From a candidate division WWE3 bacterium (GTDB lineage: Bacteria; Patescibacteriota; WWE3; UBA101185; UBA10185), in NCBI GenBank assembly GCA_052035175.1, contig JBPOHV010000001.1, positions 622,428 to 686,427 on the forward strand: a stretch of DNA of 64,000 nt. The letters run 5' to 3'. The stretch's first letter is position 1; each line of letters starts with the position of its first letter. Position numbers and translations under genes: made by a program. The notes under the pieces were generated by a model, which searched no databases, had not been told where the DNA came from, and was given only the letters and a program-made list of their open reading frames with translations. Below are positions 46,064-55,603 of this stretch, one piece after another.

Positions 46064-49000
46064 ACATCATCAAACCAGTATAGTTTTCACCAGCTGAAGG
46101 CAAACCAGAACGTGACTGGTTTGTAAGTTGATACAAATATTTGTAATTATACATAAATATCTCTGCGGGATTACCTGCAGACAAACCGCGATCTCTTTCT
46201 AATTGAAGTTTTGCGCCTGTCGCAATTGGACCTTCAACAATAGCTGTTGTATCGCTACCACTCGGAATACCTGCCATTAAAACATTGGCCGTAGTAGATT
46301 TACTTATAATACCTGCTTGAATATGTGGAGTAAGAGAACTTTGAACAGGGTTGGCGTTACCAAAAGTATAATCGTATTTTACGCTTACTCCTGAACCAAG
46401 AACAAAAAGTATACGTCTATTATTAAGTAACTCTGGATAAAATATTGCGTTAAAATTTAATTGACCCGTACCAGTCACATAAACTACCAAAATGCCTTCG
46501 GTATTACTGCTTGCTCCCGTAAATTTATAACCGCCTCCCAAGTTTTCTGCAGTATCAATGGCTTGTTGGACACAACTTACTGACGCATAGTACGTACTTA
46601 GATAAGTAGGCAATCCTGTAACTTTACGGAACATCTGCGAACAATTACCACCTGTAGCAACTTGCAAATCTAAAGCAGTAGAAGGATACGTAGCTGGAAT
46701 AGTTGTAGGCCACATACTGCCGCCAGTATTCACGTTTTCTACATATTTACCAGATTGATTTGGATTGGTTTGACCATTTGCAAACACAATATTACTGTCA
46801 GAAATAAGCATTGCATCAAAGTCGGCAGATTCTTGTCCATAACTTAAATAAGGTGGTGTCCAATCGGCATCGGGCACAGCAGGACCTTGCACAGCTTCTA
46901 AACCACTTGAGATAAACACATTACCTTTGTAAGAAGTAAACCACGGAGCATCTGCAGGAGCTGACACAACGACTTGTGAAGCATCATCTACACCTGGAGA
47001 ACATTTTGCATAGTTAGAATCATTACTAGATGTTGCGTAATAACTTGTACCACTACCACTACGACCCGTGCACAAACCAGCGCCACCAGGATTTGCATCT
47101 GTAGCTTCTGTCCATATATTCCAGGTACCTACGTCACCAGCAACAGGTGTCCAAGTAAAGGTAGAGGCAGGAGGTGTACAAAAATTGCTTGTCCCACCGC
47201 AGTTATGCGTACCGATTGTCGTAACGGCTCCAGGTGCAGTAGTTTTTGCACGCTTTACACTTATCGTACTTATTTTTGATTCTGTATCTCCACCTTGAGT
47301 AGTAAATGTTAATGCAGGATTTCCAATTGTATATGAATATTGGCCAGAAGCTGGCTCGTTGAGAAATACTGCTGACGGTGAATCATTTATAAATACTTGA
47401 GCATCATCAGTAATACCGCAGGCAGCTGCATTATCGCCAGAATTACCACTACACATAAGTCCATATGAATCTGTTGCACGCAAAAATAAATGCCATGAGC
47501 CTGGTTGTGGATTTTCCCAATTTAAATTTGCACCTAAATCACACGGAGATACCGAACATTGGGAAGCTGCGATTAATGAAATACCCGATGAACCTGGGTA
47601 ATTTGCCTGAAGCATTTTGTGAACTGCTGTTGTCAAAGTCACAGGTACAGTTGCATCTGAAGAAGATGCAGCTAGATTTAATGTATTAAAAGATAATCCT
47701 GGCAATTTGGTGAGCGTGTTGAAATTATAGCTAGTCGTTGGCGCCGACAGAGTACCAGTTGGAGGCGTATTTGTAATTGGTGCGTCTACAGTGATAAATA
47801 AATCATCCAAAGAAGCGTGGCAATCATCCCAATTGGCTGGGTCTTGCTGCCAATTTCCACTGCATGCATTTCCACTATTATCAACAGCATTCACTACTAC
47901 CTGCCATGTACCGGTCTCATTTGGAATCCAATTATTATAAGAAAACGTACACGACGTATTTCCTACATTACAATTTTGAGAAGTCATTTGGTTTTTTGCA
48001 AAAACTATCCACGGACCAGGAAAAGTAAAATTCCAGTGGCGTGCAGCAAAATAATAATCAGACAAACCACCTGTGTCTGCGGCAGTACCAGAAAGAGTAA
48101 CAGGCAAGTCTTCAACATAATGTGCACCGTATATAGGGCTGCTCATACTTGCTGTAGGTGCTTGACCATCGGTAACATTTATTTCTATAAGGTCTTGAGT
48201 TGCGTGGCAACTCGTCCAATATTGTGGGTTTGTAAAATCGTCTCCAGCGCAAATACCAGTATTAGCATAATCGGCATCGGCGTTATCAATGACGCGTAAT
48301 GCCAATTGCCATCGACCTTCTGGCAAAGTAGCAGTGCGATCGTAAGAACAATTATTATTACCACCGCAGTTAGAAAAAGCCGCAAACGTACTCCAGCTAC
48401 CTGGAACATTGGGATTAGAATAATCGCGCTTCCAAACTTCTATTCTATATAACCCAGTTGGATCAGGGTCTGTAACATTAGCTGTAACTACGCGTACATT
48501 ATTTGCCGTTACAGGAAAATTTGCTTCATCCGCAGGCTGACTTATACGACCTGTAGGGTTTGTATTTGATGTAACAGTAAAAGACCAAACATCTGATTCT
48601 CCTTCACCGTTATCTACACCATTAGTTGTTTTTACTTGCCAATAATATGTACCAGACGTAACTGGAACTGTTTTTGTAGGACCACCTTGCAAATAAAATG
48701 GTGGGGGATTGGTAGTTCCAAAATGCAAACGGTATTCATTTTCACGATCGCCATCGCAAACTTCGCCCCATTGATTATCGCTTAATTCTTGCCAATTCAA
48801 AACTACTGTTGTTGGATTTCCAGTAAACAGAGTGCCGTTAATAGGTGAAATTAAATTCGGATCATTCGGCGATGTGGTTTCACAATTATTACCAGGATTA
48901 CAATCAGCAGTACAACCACCATCAAATTGGCCAGGATTTTGGTAGTACCCAAAAGCACAACTGCTACAAGATATCATATTGCCACCATTAATAGGGTCAG

Positions 49001-49229
49001 AATCACATAAATCACTATTAGTACAACTACCTTGCGAACCACTAGCATTGACATAGTAATAGGGTTGATCTGGAGAACAATCTGGACCTAACGAGCATTG
49101 CTGGACAGAACATGAGCAAGAATATGCATATAAGAATTGCGTCTTTGCATAAAAACTAAAAACAACAAACAAAGATAAAACATAAACAGTAAAAGTGGGT
49201 AATCTTTTTAACAAACTTCTGGATGACAT
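46044..49229 (-). CDS. Large secreted Cys-rich Ig/FN3-repeat protein (candidate pilus-tip adhesin)
   Basis: Signal peptide, Cys-rich N-terminus, repeated G.W...A.D..G..C.G units; inside the pil locus. Confidence 0.7.
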   Translation of the reverse strand: MSSRSLLKRLPTFTVYVLSLFVVFSFYAKTQFLYAYSCSCSVQQCSLGPDCSPDQPYYYVNASGSQGSCTNSDLCDSDPINGGNMISCSSCAFGYYQNPGQFDGGCTADCNPGNNCETTSPNDPNLISPINGTLFTGNPTTVVLNWQELSDNQWGEVCDGDRENEYRLHFGTTNPPPFYLQGGPTKTVPVTSGTYYWQVKTTNGVDNGEGESDVWSFTVTSNTNPTGRISQPADEANFPVTANNVRVVTANVTDPDPTGLYRIEVWKRDYSNPNVPGSWSTFAAFSNCGGNNNCSYDRTATLPEGRWQLALRVIDNADADYANTGICAGDDFTNPQYWTSCHATQDLIEINVTDGQAPTASMSSPIYGAHYVEDLPVTLSGTAADTGGLSDYYFAARHWNFTFPGPWIVFAKNQMTSQNCNVGNTSCTFSYNNWIPNETGTWQVVVNAVDNSGNACSGNWQQDPANWDDCHASLDDLFITVDAPITNTPPTGTLSAPTTSYNFNTLTKLPGLSFNTLNLAASSSDATVPVTLTTAVHKMLQANYPGSSGISLIAASQCSVSPCDLGANLNWENPQPGSWHLFLRATDSYGLMCSGNSGDNAAACGITDDAQVFINDSPSAVFLNEPASGQYSYTIGNPALTFTTQGGDTESKISTISVKRAKTTAPGAVTTIGTHNCGGTSNFCTPPASTFTWTPVAGDVGTWNIWTEATDANPGGAGLCTGRSGSGTSYYATSSNDSNYAKCSPGVDDASQVVVSAPADAPWFTSYKGNVFISSGLEAVQGPAVPDADWTPPYLSYGQESADFDAMLISDSNIVFANGQTNPNQSGKYVENVNTGGSMWPTTIPATYPSTALDLQVATGGNCSQMFRKVTGLPTYLSTYYASVSCVQQAIDTAENLGGGYKFTGASSNTEGILVVYVTGTGQLNFNAIFYPELLNNRRILFVLGSGVSVKYDYTFGNANPVQSSLTPHIQAGIISKSTTANVLMAGIPSGSDTTAIVEGPIATGAKLQLERDRGLSAGNPAEIFMYNYKYLYQLTNQSRSGLPSAGENYTGLMMYDVQYE

Positions 49230-49274
49230 TAAGTAAATGATAGAGTATTGAGTTATTTTTGTGAAGAATCAATC

Positions 49275-49619
49275 TTAGAATGCCCTCCCTTGCGGGAACA
49301 AGGGAGGGTGGTTCGAGCCGATTCGGCGGTACAGTTCGGTTTTTTCAAGCGCACTTATGTACGCTTGATAACCTATCGGCTCAATGTAGAGCCGAACCGT
49401 ACCGGGGTAATCTTTTTGGTACACCAAGTAAATAGGTGTACCTGTTTTTACGGCAGTATCGATCAAAATATCGATATCGCTATTATATGTCGACCCCCAG
49501 TCGACATACTCAACGGGTGGATTTGTTCCCACCCGAATCAGGATGCTATTATGGCTTGCAGCCGAAGCTGGCACAGCCAATAACAAAAGTAATGCGAGCA
49601 AAATCAAAACCCGTTTCAT
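49275..49619 (-). CDS. Secreted hypothetical protein (MKRVLILLALLLLLAVPASA...)
   Basis: GAGGAG SD, 5' hairpins, signal peptide; GC-richer than its neighbours. Confidence 0.7.
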   Translation of the reverse strand: MKRVLILLALLLLLAVPASAASHNSILIRVGTNPPVEYVDWGSTYNSDIDILIDTAVKTGTPIYLVYQKDYPGTVRLYIEPIGYQAYISALEKTELYRRIGSNHPPLFPQGRAF

Positions 49620-49832
49620 TTTTTTCTCTCCTCTGGCTGCCGCCAGACTTTTCCCCCGAGGGGGATTCATGTTTTAAAAACAATCGATGCATTATGAATA
49701 TCACACCTTTCAAATAACTGCAAACTATAGGTTTACAAGCATAGTATAAAATCTATCAATAGCACTATAGGGTATTATGAGGTAGAAAACACATCAAAAA
49801 ATAACTTTTTTTGTATATCGAAAAATATTAAT

Positions 49833-50354
49833 TTAATTCACAACGCATCCAGAAACAAAACTCGTACAATCAACATCATTACACAACCCGCTAAAAGAAA
49901 CGTACTCATTAGCAATTAATCCAGCTTGTAAATCGGTGAAAGACAATTGTTCAAAATTGGGCAGCTTGACTGTTGATACCTCTTGAGGCCACGTACGTAA
50001 GCGATAATCATTTACATCACACGCCATTATTGCTTTTACATTTGATTGGTTAAAATTTGGTGGCCAAGTGACTTCGCCACTTATAAGATTTTGATCTTGA
50101 TCATAGTTAGTAATTTTCAAATAAACTACTTCATGCTCTGGATTAAATTCGATACCTTCGTATTTTTTTATAGTTTCTTTGAGTACTTGTTCTGGAGTGA
50201 CTGTTTTTGCAAAAGGGGAGTCAGATTCAGTTAAAGCATTTGTTTGTGTATCAGATACATTTGCAGGTTTTGTATAAATTTTGTACAGCAAAAACCCGCC
50301 TACACTTACTAATAAAGCTATACTCAACAATAGTAAAATTCTTTTGGACAGCAT
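49833..50354 (-). CDS. Membrane-anchored hypothetical protein
   Basis: N-terminal TM; C-terminal Cys cluster. Confidence 0.65.
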   Translation of the reverse strand: MLSKRILLLLSIALLVSVGGFLLYKIYTKPANVSDTQTNALTESDSPFAKTVTPEQVLKETIKKYEGIEFNPEHEVVYLKITNYDQDQNLISGEVTWPPNFNQSNVKAIMACDVNDYRLRTWPQEVSTVKLPNFEQLSFTDLQAGLIANEYVSFSGLCNDVDCTSFVSGCVVN

Positions 50355-50434
50355 GTATTTATCTTAACATACGAATTACTATTCATCGGAATTAAACTAG
50401 CCTCGTAATATACACAGTGCTAATATAAGAGCAT

Positions 50435-51577
50435 ATGAATCAATATCTGCCCATTATTATTTCTGCAGGAAGTGCCTTCACTGTAGCAACAATCTTTTAC
50501 CTTAACATAATCGCAGCAATAAATAGTGAAAAAAAGAAAAATCAGCACATGCTAGACGGCGTTTTGGAATCGATTTTTACATTGACGCAAGACAACAAAC
50601 TTATTTTCGCAAATACAAATCTTCTTCAAATACTTGGGAAACCATTACGAGATATCAAAATGAAGAAAGTAGACGAAGTAGTAAAAATTATGGATAAAGA
50701 TGATAAGCAAATGCTTGCACGAGACTATGTAAACAAAAAACTTGTCGCAGGAGTATTTTTTGTCCACCCAAACGACGCTGAGCATAAGTATTTTGTAAAC
50801 CTTAAATCTACTCAAATCAAAAACACTAATGAAATTATGATAACCATGACCGACGTTACATATGAAAAACGACTCGAACAATCAAAAAACGACTTTATAT
50901 ACGTTACCTCTCACGAATTGCGCACACCGTTAACAATCATAAAAAGCTATTTGTGGATGCTAGTCAAAGACAATACAGAAAACTTATCTGACAAACAAAA
51001 AGATTATATAAAAAAGGCTTATACTGGCGCAGAAAGAATGTTGGAGCTCATCAATGATACTTTGAACATCGCACGAATCGAACAAGAAAAAGAAATGATA
51101 GCTTCGGAAGACATTAATATAAAAGAATTTCTGACTGAGGCAGGAGAAGAATTTACTGTCAAAACAAAAGAAAAGGACCTAGAGTTTAAACTTGAGATTC
51201 CAGATAGTATTCAAAATATATACGCCGACCGCAAACGCTTACGAGAAATTTTGAATAATTTATTTACAAATGCGCTCAAATTTACACGATTAGGCTATAT
51301 AAAAATACGTGTAAGAGACTTTGGATCTGACTTTGTCGAAATATCTGTAGTCGATACTGGTAAGGGTATTGATCCTGTAGATATACCCAAATTGTTCAAA
51401 AAATTTAGTCGCCTCGACAACACTTATCAAACTGTTGCAGAAGCCGGTGGTACTGGCCTAGGTTTGTATATCGTCAAAAGCCTCGTCGAAACAATGCGAG
51501 GGGGAATAGGTGCATATTCTGAAGGACTAGGGAAGGGGAGCACCTTCTGGTTTATCTTGCCAAAGAAAAAGCTCTAA
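50435..51577 (+). CDS. PAS-domain sensor histidine kinase
   Basis: SHELRTPL, NLFTNALKF, DTGKGI, GTGLGL; no adjacent response regulator. Confidence 0.93.
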   Translation: MNQYLPIIISAGSAFTVATIFYLNIIAAINSEKKKNQHMLDGVLESIFTLTQDNKLIFANTNLLQILGKPLRDIKMKKVDEVVKIMDKDDKQMLARDYVNKKLVAGVFFVHPNDAEHKYFVNLKSTQIKNTNEIMITMTDVTYEKRLEQSKNDFIYVTSHELRTPLTIIKSYLWMLVKDNTENLSDKQKDYIKKAYTGAERMLELINDTLNIARIEQEKEMIASEDINIKEFLTEAGEEFTVKTKEKDLEFKLEIPDSIQNIYADRKRLREILNNLFTNALKFTRLGYIKIRVRDFGSDFVEISVVDTGKGIDPVDIPKLFKKFSRLDNTYQTVAEAGGTGLGLYIVKSLVETMRGGIGAYSEGLGKGSTFWFILPKKKL

Positions 51578-51605
51578 ACAATATATTAATGTATGAGATT
51601 TGAAT

Positions 51606-52511
51606 TTAGTTTCCAAAAAGCTTGAAGTACCAGTCCAAAATGACTTGACCCCAAATCAATGAAAATACACTACCCATTATCAAAAATGGACCAAATGGAA
51701 TTGTATCTTTCATAGTCTTTTTCTTTGTTACGACTAAGACCAAGCTAATTACAGATCCCAAAACAAATCCTATAAATATAGCTAAGATGTTATATGGAAA
51801 TCCGTTGAATATACCGATTAATGCAGCAAGAGGCACGTCACCAGAACCCATACCACGACCACGAGTAATCCAGATCAAGAATGAGAAAAATAAAACTATA
51901 CAAAGTGTACTTACTAGCAAAATACCCAGATTCCATAAGCCAGAATACACATTTTGATGCCAATAACCTGCATCGTATAAATATTTACCAAATTCATCGG
52001 CTAACAAAGTCTTTCTAAAAATAAACATTGAAATAACAAAATTAACTACCAAGAACATAAGTGAAAAAATAATAGCTGGAAAAACTACTTTGCTAGGAAT
52101 AACTTTTTCTTTAGCATCTGTCATAAACAAAACTACAAAGAATGAAAAAACTACTGAAACAAAAACAAAACCGATGAATGGGTAAATACCTTGTGTAGAA
52201 TCTTGAAAAATATTTGTAATGTGTGCTGCTACAACAAAAAGTGCGCCTGTAAGAATTTCGGAAATTGGATAATACCAAGATAACTTCTCTGTACAATAAG
52301 AACATTTACCTTTTTGAAAAAGAAAGCTGAAAACTGGAAAAAGATTTTTCCATGAAAGTGGCTTATTGCAAAAATCACATTTTGATCTATCAAAAACAAT
52401 AGATCCACCTTTTAATAAACGGTCAGAAACCAAATTTAAAAATGAACCAACAAATAAACCAGATAAGAAAACAAGCCCGTAGTATATGTATAAGAGATAG
52501 TTTGAAATCAT
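51606..52511 (-). CDS. pilD: Prepilin peptidase
   Basis: GSFLN, RSKCDFC, GKCSYC, GMGSGD, IPFGPFL. Confidence 0.93.
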   Translation of the reverse strand: MISNYLLYIYYGLVFLSGLFVGSFLNLVSDRLLKGGSIVFDRSKCDFCNKPLSWKNLFPVFSFLFQKGKCSYCTEKLSWYYPISEILTGALFVVAAHITNIFQDSTQGIYPFIGFVFVSVVFSFFVVLFMTDAKEKVIPSKVVFPAIIFSLMFLVVNFVISMFIFRKTLLADEFGKYLYDAGYWHQNVYSGLWNLGILLVSTLCIVLFFSFLIWITRGRGMGSGDVPLAALIGIFNGFPYNILAIFIGFVLGSVISLVLVVTKKKTMKDTIPFGPFLIMGSVFSLIWGQVILDWYFKLFGN

Positions 52512-52647
52512 GCGAGGATTGTAGCACTATGATTTCTTATGCACAATAAAAACTTTCTTACCTTATGCAGATAATCACGCGCCGCCTTGCATGCCTGAGC
52601 AGGCAAGCGGACGCATGTCTACCTTCGTATAGTAAAAATGGATGAAT

Positions 52648-52711
52648 GCAAAAAGCTATGCTCGGAAGCTTGCCTGTGAATACATGCAATGCTGAAGAGC
52701 ATAGCTTTTGC
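52648..52711 (-). terminator. Long hairpin downstream of the pilin gene
   Basis: gcaaaaagctatgctc...gagcatagcttttgc. Confidence 0.55.
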
Positions 52712-52727
52712 GTAAAAACATAAAGCT

Positions 52728-53240
52728 TTATGGTACCAAAGTTAAATTTGTACCAACCTCGTATCTAGTAGCGCTATCGCCACCATCTACAGTGTACTTA
52801 GCTTGATTAGATAAATGTTCAAATTGAGCATTTAACTCATAACCTGATGCGGTAGATGCAAACTCATAAAAATATGTTGCATCGTTAGTTGGATCCAAGG
52901 GCAGAGCTGCAATATAATTTGCAAGTGAGCCAGTTCCTATTTGTACCCAACCAGTACCGTCAACTGCAGTTACTGTTCCAGAACCACTATTACTTGCGCA
53001 AGCACTGCAGTTTGCTCCAGTGATTTGCAAAGTGATAGCTTGTTCGGCCAAAGCTAAATTCAAAGCTTTATTCATAACTTCCAAGTCTTGAAGTCTTCTG
53101 GCGTCTCTACTCTTTTGCAAGAGTGAAACAGGATCAATTGCCAATGCTAAAACACCAGCTAAAACTGCGATAATAGCAATAACTACCAAAAGCTCGATAA
53201 GCGTAAAACCTGTTGATTTCTTTGTATATTTATTCATCAT
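52728..53240 (-). CDS. Type IV pilin
   Basis: GFTLIELLVVIAII, KSRDARR; SD AAGGAGGTG. Confidence 0.9.
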   Translation of the reverse strand: MMNKYTKKSTGFTLIELLVVIAIIAVLAGVLALAIDPVSLLQKSRDARRLQDLEVMNKALNLALAEQAITLQITGANCSACASNSGSGTVTAVDGTGWVQIGTGSLANYIAALPLDPTNDATYFYEFASTASGYELNAQFEHLSNQAKYTVDGGDSATRYEVGTNLTLVP

Positions 53241-53315
53241 GTTCTGTTTCACCTCCTTCAAAATATCGAAAAACTTAATACTTAATCATAAACAACTAAT
53301 CAAAACTACAAGTAT

Positions 53316-54518
53316 TTATATCGCACTCGTAATTTTGTAAATCGGTGTGATGATTGCGATTATCAAAATACCTACCATACCTCCCAAAAGAATGAGAATG
53401 ATAGGTTCCAAAGCACCTGACAAACCTTTTACCAAATGGTCAACCTCACCATCAAAATAATACGATGACTTTTCAAAAAGTTTATCCATTTGACCAGTTT
53501 CTTCACCTACGTGTGCCATATCTCCGATAAAAGGTGGGAAAATTTTGTTTGACATAATATATTCTGACAAAGGTCTTCCTTTGCGCACATGCTCAGCAGC
53601 TTCGAGTGAAGCACGTTTATATGCATCATTAGACATAACTTCGCTTACTATTTCTAAAGCATCGACAATAGGAACTGCAGATGAAATAAGTAATCCCATC
53701 GTACGAGTAAATTGCGCATTTTCTTTCATACGATTTATTTTTCCAAAAACCGGTAATCTAAAAGAAATATCAGAAGCCAATTTTTTACCAGCTTCGCTAC
53801 TAAACAAAGTACGTAGACCCCAAACCGAAAATGCCATCAATCCCAAAACTGCAAATATATTACGAATAATAAATTCAGAGAAATTAATTAAGAATTGAGT
53901 TGATGTCGGTAGATCAACATCCAAAGACTTATACATCTCGGCTAGCTTTGGAATAACGAAAATCATCAATATAAAAAACACAGCGATCATCGCTACAAAA
54001 ACAACCACAGGGTATACCATTGCAGATTTGAATTTACCATTCAACTCACGTTCGTTTTCGAGTGTAACAGCAAGCCTTTCCAAAATTGTGTCAAGCTTTC
54101 CCGAAGATTCACCAGCTTTGACCAAAGATCTGTAAGTGCGTGTAAAAATGTTTGGATATCTGCCAAGACCAGCAGACAACGCAGAACCACCTTCAACATC
54201 GCGTAATACATCTAGAAGTATTTTTTTGAAATGCTTATTTGCTGACTGCTGTGCCAAAACATCCAAAGCACGTGAAACAGGTAAGCCTGAAGAAAGCATT
54301 GTTGAGAATTGGCGTGTAAACGCAGCAAGCTCACTTTGCGGAATCCCACGTAAGCCAACTATATGATCAATAACAGACTCTTTCTTTTCTTGTAATGCAA
54401 CAACAAACAAACCTTGTCCGCGCAATAAATCTACTGCTACTTCTTTTGAACGAGCATCGACAGTACCTTCTTTACGGAGTCCAGACTGCTCTGTTGCTAC
54501 ATACAAATATATAGGCAT
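53316..54518 (-). CDS. pilC: Type IV pilus platform protein PilC/GspF
   Basis: FTRQFSTML.SG, GESSG.LD, GEETG. Confidence 0.94.
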   Translation of the reverse strand: MPIYLYVATEQSGLRKEGTVDARSKEVAVDLLRGQGLFVVALQEKKESVIDHIVGLRGIPQSELAAFTRQFSTMLSSGLPVSRALDVLAQQSANKHFKKILLDVLRDVEGGSALSAGLGRYPNIFTRTYRSLVKAGESSGKLDTILERLAVTLENERELNGKFKSAMVYPVVVFVAMIAVFFILMIFVIPKLAEMYKSLDVDLPTSTQFLINFSEFIIRNIFAVLGLMAFSVWGLRTLFSSEAGKKLASDISFRLPVFGKINRMKENAQFTRTMGLLISSAVPIVDALEIVSEVMSNDAYKRASLEAAEHVRKGRPLSEYIMSNKIFPPFIGDMAHVGEETGQMDKLFEKSSYYFDGEVDHLVKGLSGALEPIILILLGGMVGILIIAIITPIYKITSAI

Positions 54519-55591
54519 TATCTAGATTTTACTCCTTTCACAAGGCGTCTTAGCTCACCAACACGACTTGTATGCTTTGCAGCCTCTTCAAAAGTAATCA
54601 CATTGTTATTTACCAAATCAGCCAAGCTTCTCTCCATACTGATCATGCCCAAATGTAAACTGGTATCGATTACATTATCGATAAGATGTGGTTTACCTTC
54701 GCGTATAAGATTGCGCACAGCATCATTACCAAGCATCACTTCTACAGCAGGTATAACTTTTGAGTCTAGAGAAACTACTAATCTTTGTGACAAAACAACT
54801 TCCATAACCCCGGCTAATTGCTCTTTTACTTGATCTTGCTTGGCTTCTGGAAAACTAGAAATAATTCTCTCGATTGTCTGAGACGCAGAGTTCGTATGTA
54901 AAGTTGCAAATACCAAATGGCCAGTTTCCGCAATATTCAAAGCAGCTTCTACTGTTTCTGTATCGCGCATTTCTCCTACAAAGATAATATTTGGATCTTG
55001 CCTTAAAACCGATTTGAGAGCAGCAGGCCACGAATGGGTATCTATATACATTTCTCTTTGTTCGATAAGCGAAAGCTTGTTTGTAAAAACATATTCTATA
55101 GGATCTTCGACAGTAACAATGTGCTCAGCACGTGTCTCGTTAATGTAATCAATCATAGAAGCTATGGTAGTGGACTTTCCTTGACCTGTAGGCCCAACAA
55201 CCAGCACCAACCCTTGAGTCAAACCACACAGTTGTTTAACTGTGTCTGGTAAATGCAAATCTGAAAGTGAAGGGATATCTACTGGAATGTGTCTTAAAGC
55301 AACAGAAGAGTATCCGCGCTGATAATATGCATTTACTCTAAATCTAGATTTGCTACCCAACGCTACAGAAAAGTCTAATTCTTTATTTACCTCCAACAAT
55401 TCTTTTTGATCAGTTTCTAAGATTTGAGACAAGAAATATTCTATGTCTTCTAAACTCAAAGCTTGCATATCTTCCATTGGAACCAATTTTGTATTTACCC
55501 TGATTATAGGAACGCTACCTACAACTAAATGTAGATCTGATGCGTTTTGATCCATTATTCTTTCTAAAATTTTTGTTGCATTAAGTGGCAT
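54518..55591 (-). CDS. pilT: Retraction ATPase PilT
   Basis: GPTGQGKSTT, EDPIE, GEMRD, AETGHLV.ATLH, AVRNLIRE. Confidence 0.95.
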   Translation of the reverse strand: MPLNATKILERIMDQNASDLHLVVGSVPIIRVNTKLVPMEDMQALSLEDIEYFLSQILETDQKELLEVNKELDFSVALGSKSRFRVNAYYQRGYSSVALRHIPVDIPSLSDLHLPDTVKQLCGLTQGLVLVVGPTGQGKSTTIASMIDYINETRAEHIVTVEDPIEYVFTNKLSLIEQREMYIDTHSWPAALKSVLRQDPNIIFVGEMRDTETVEAALNIAETGHLVFATLHTNSASQTIERIISSFPEAKQDQVKEQLAGVMEVVLSQRLVVSLDSKVIPAVEVMLGNDAVRNLIREGKPHLIDNVIDTSLHLGMISMERSLADLVNNNVITFEEAAKHTSRVGELRRLVKGVKSR

Positions 55592-55603
55592 AAAAAAACC
55601 TAA

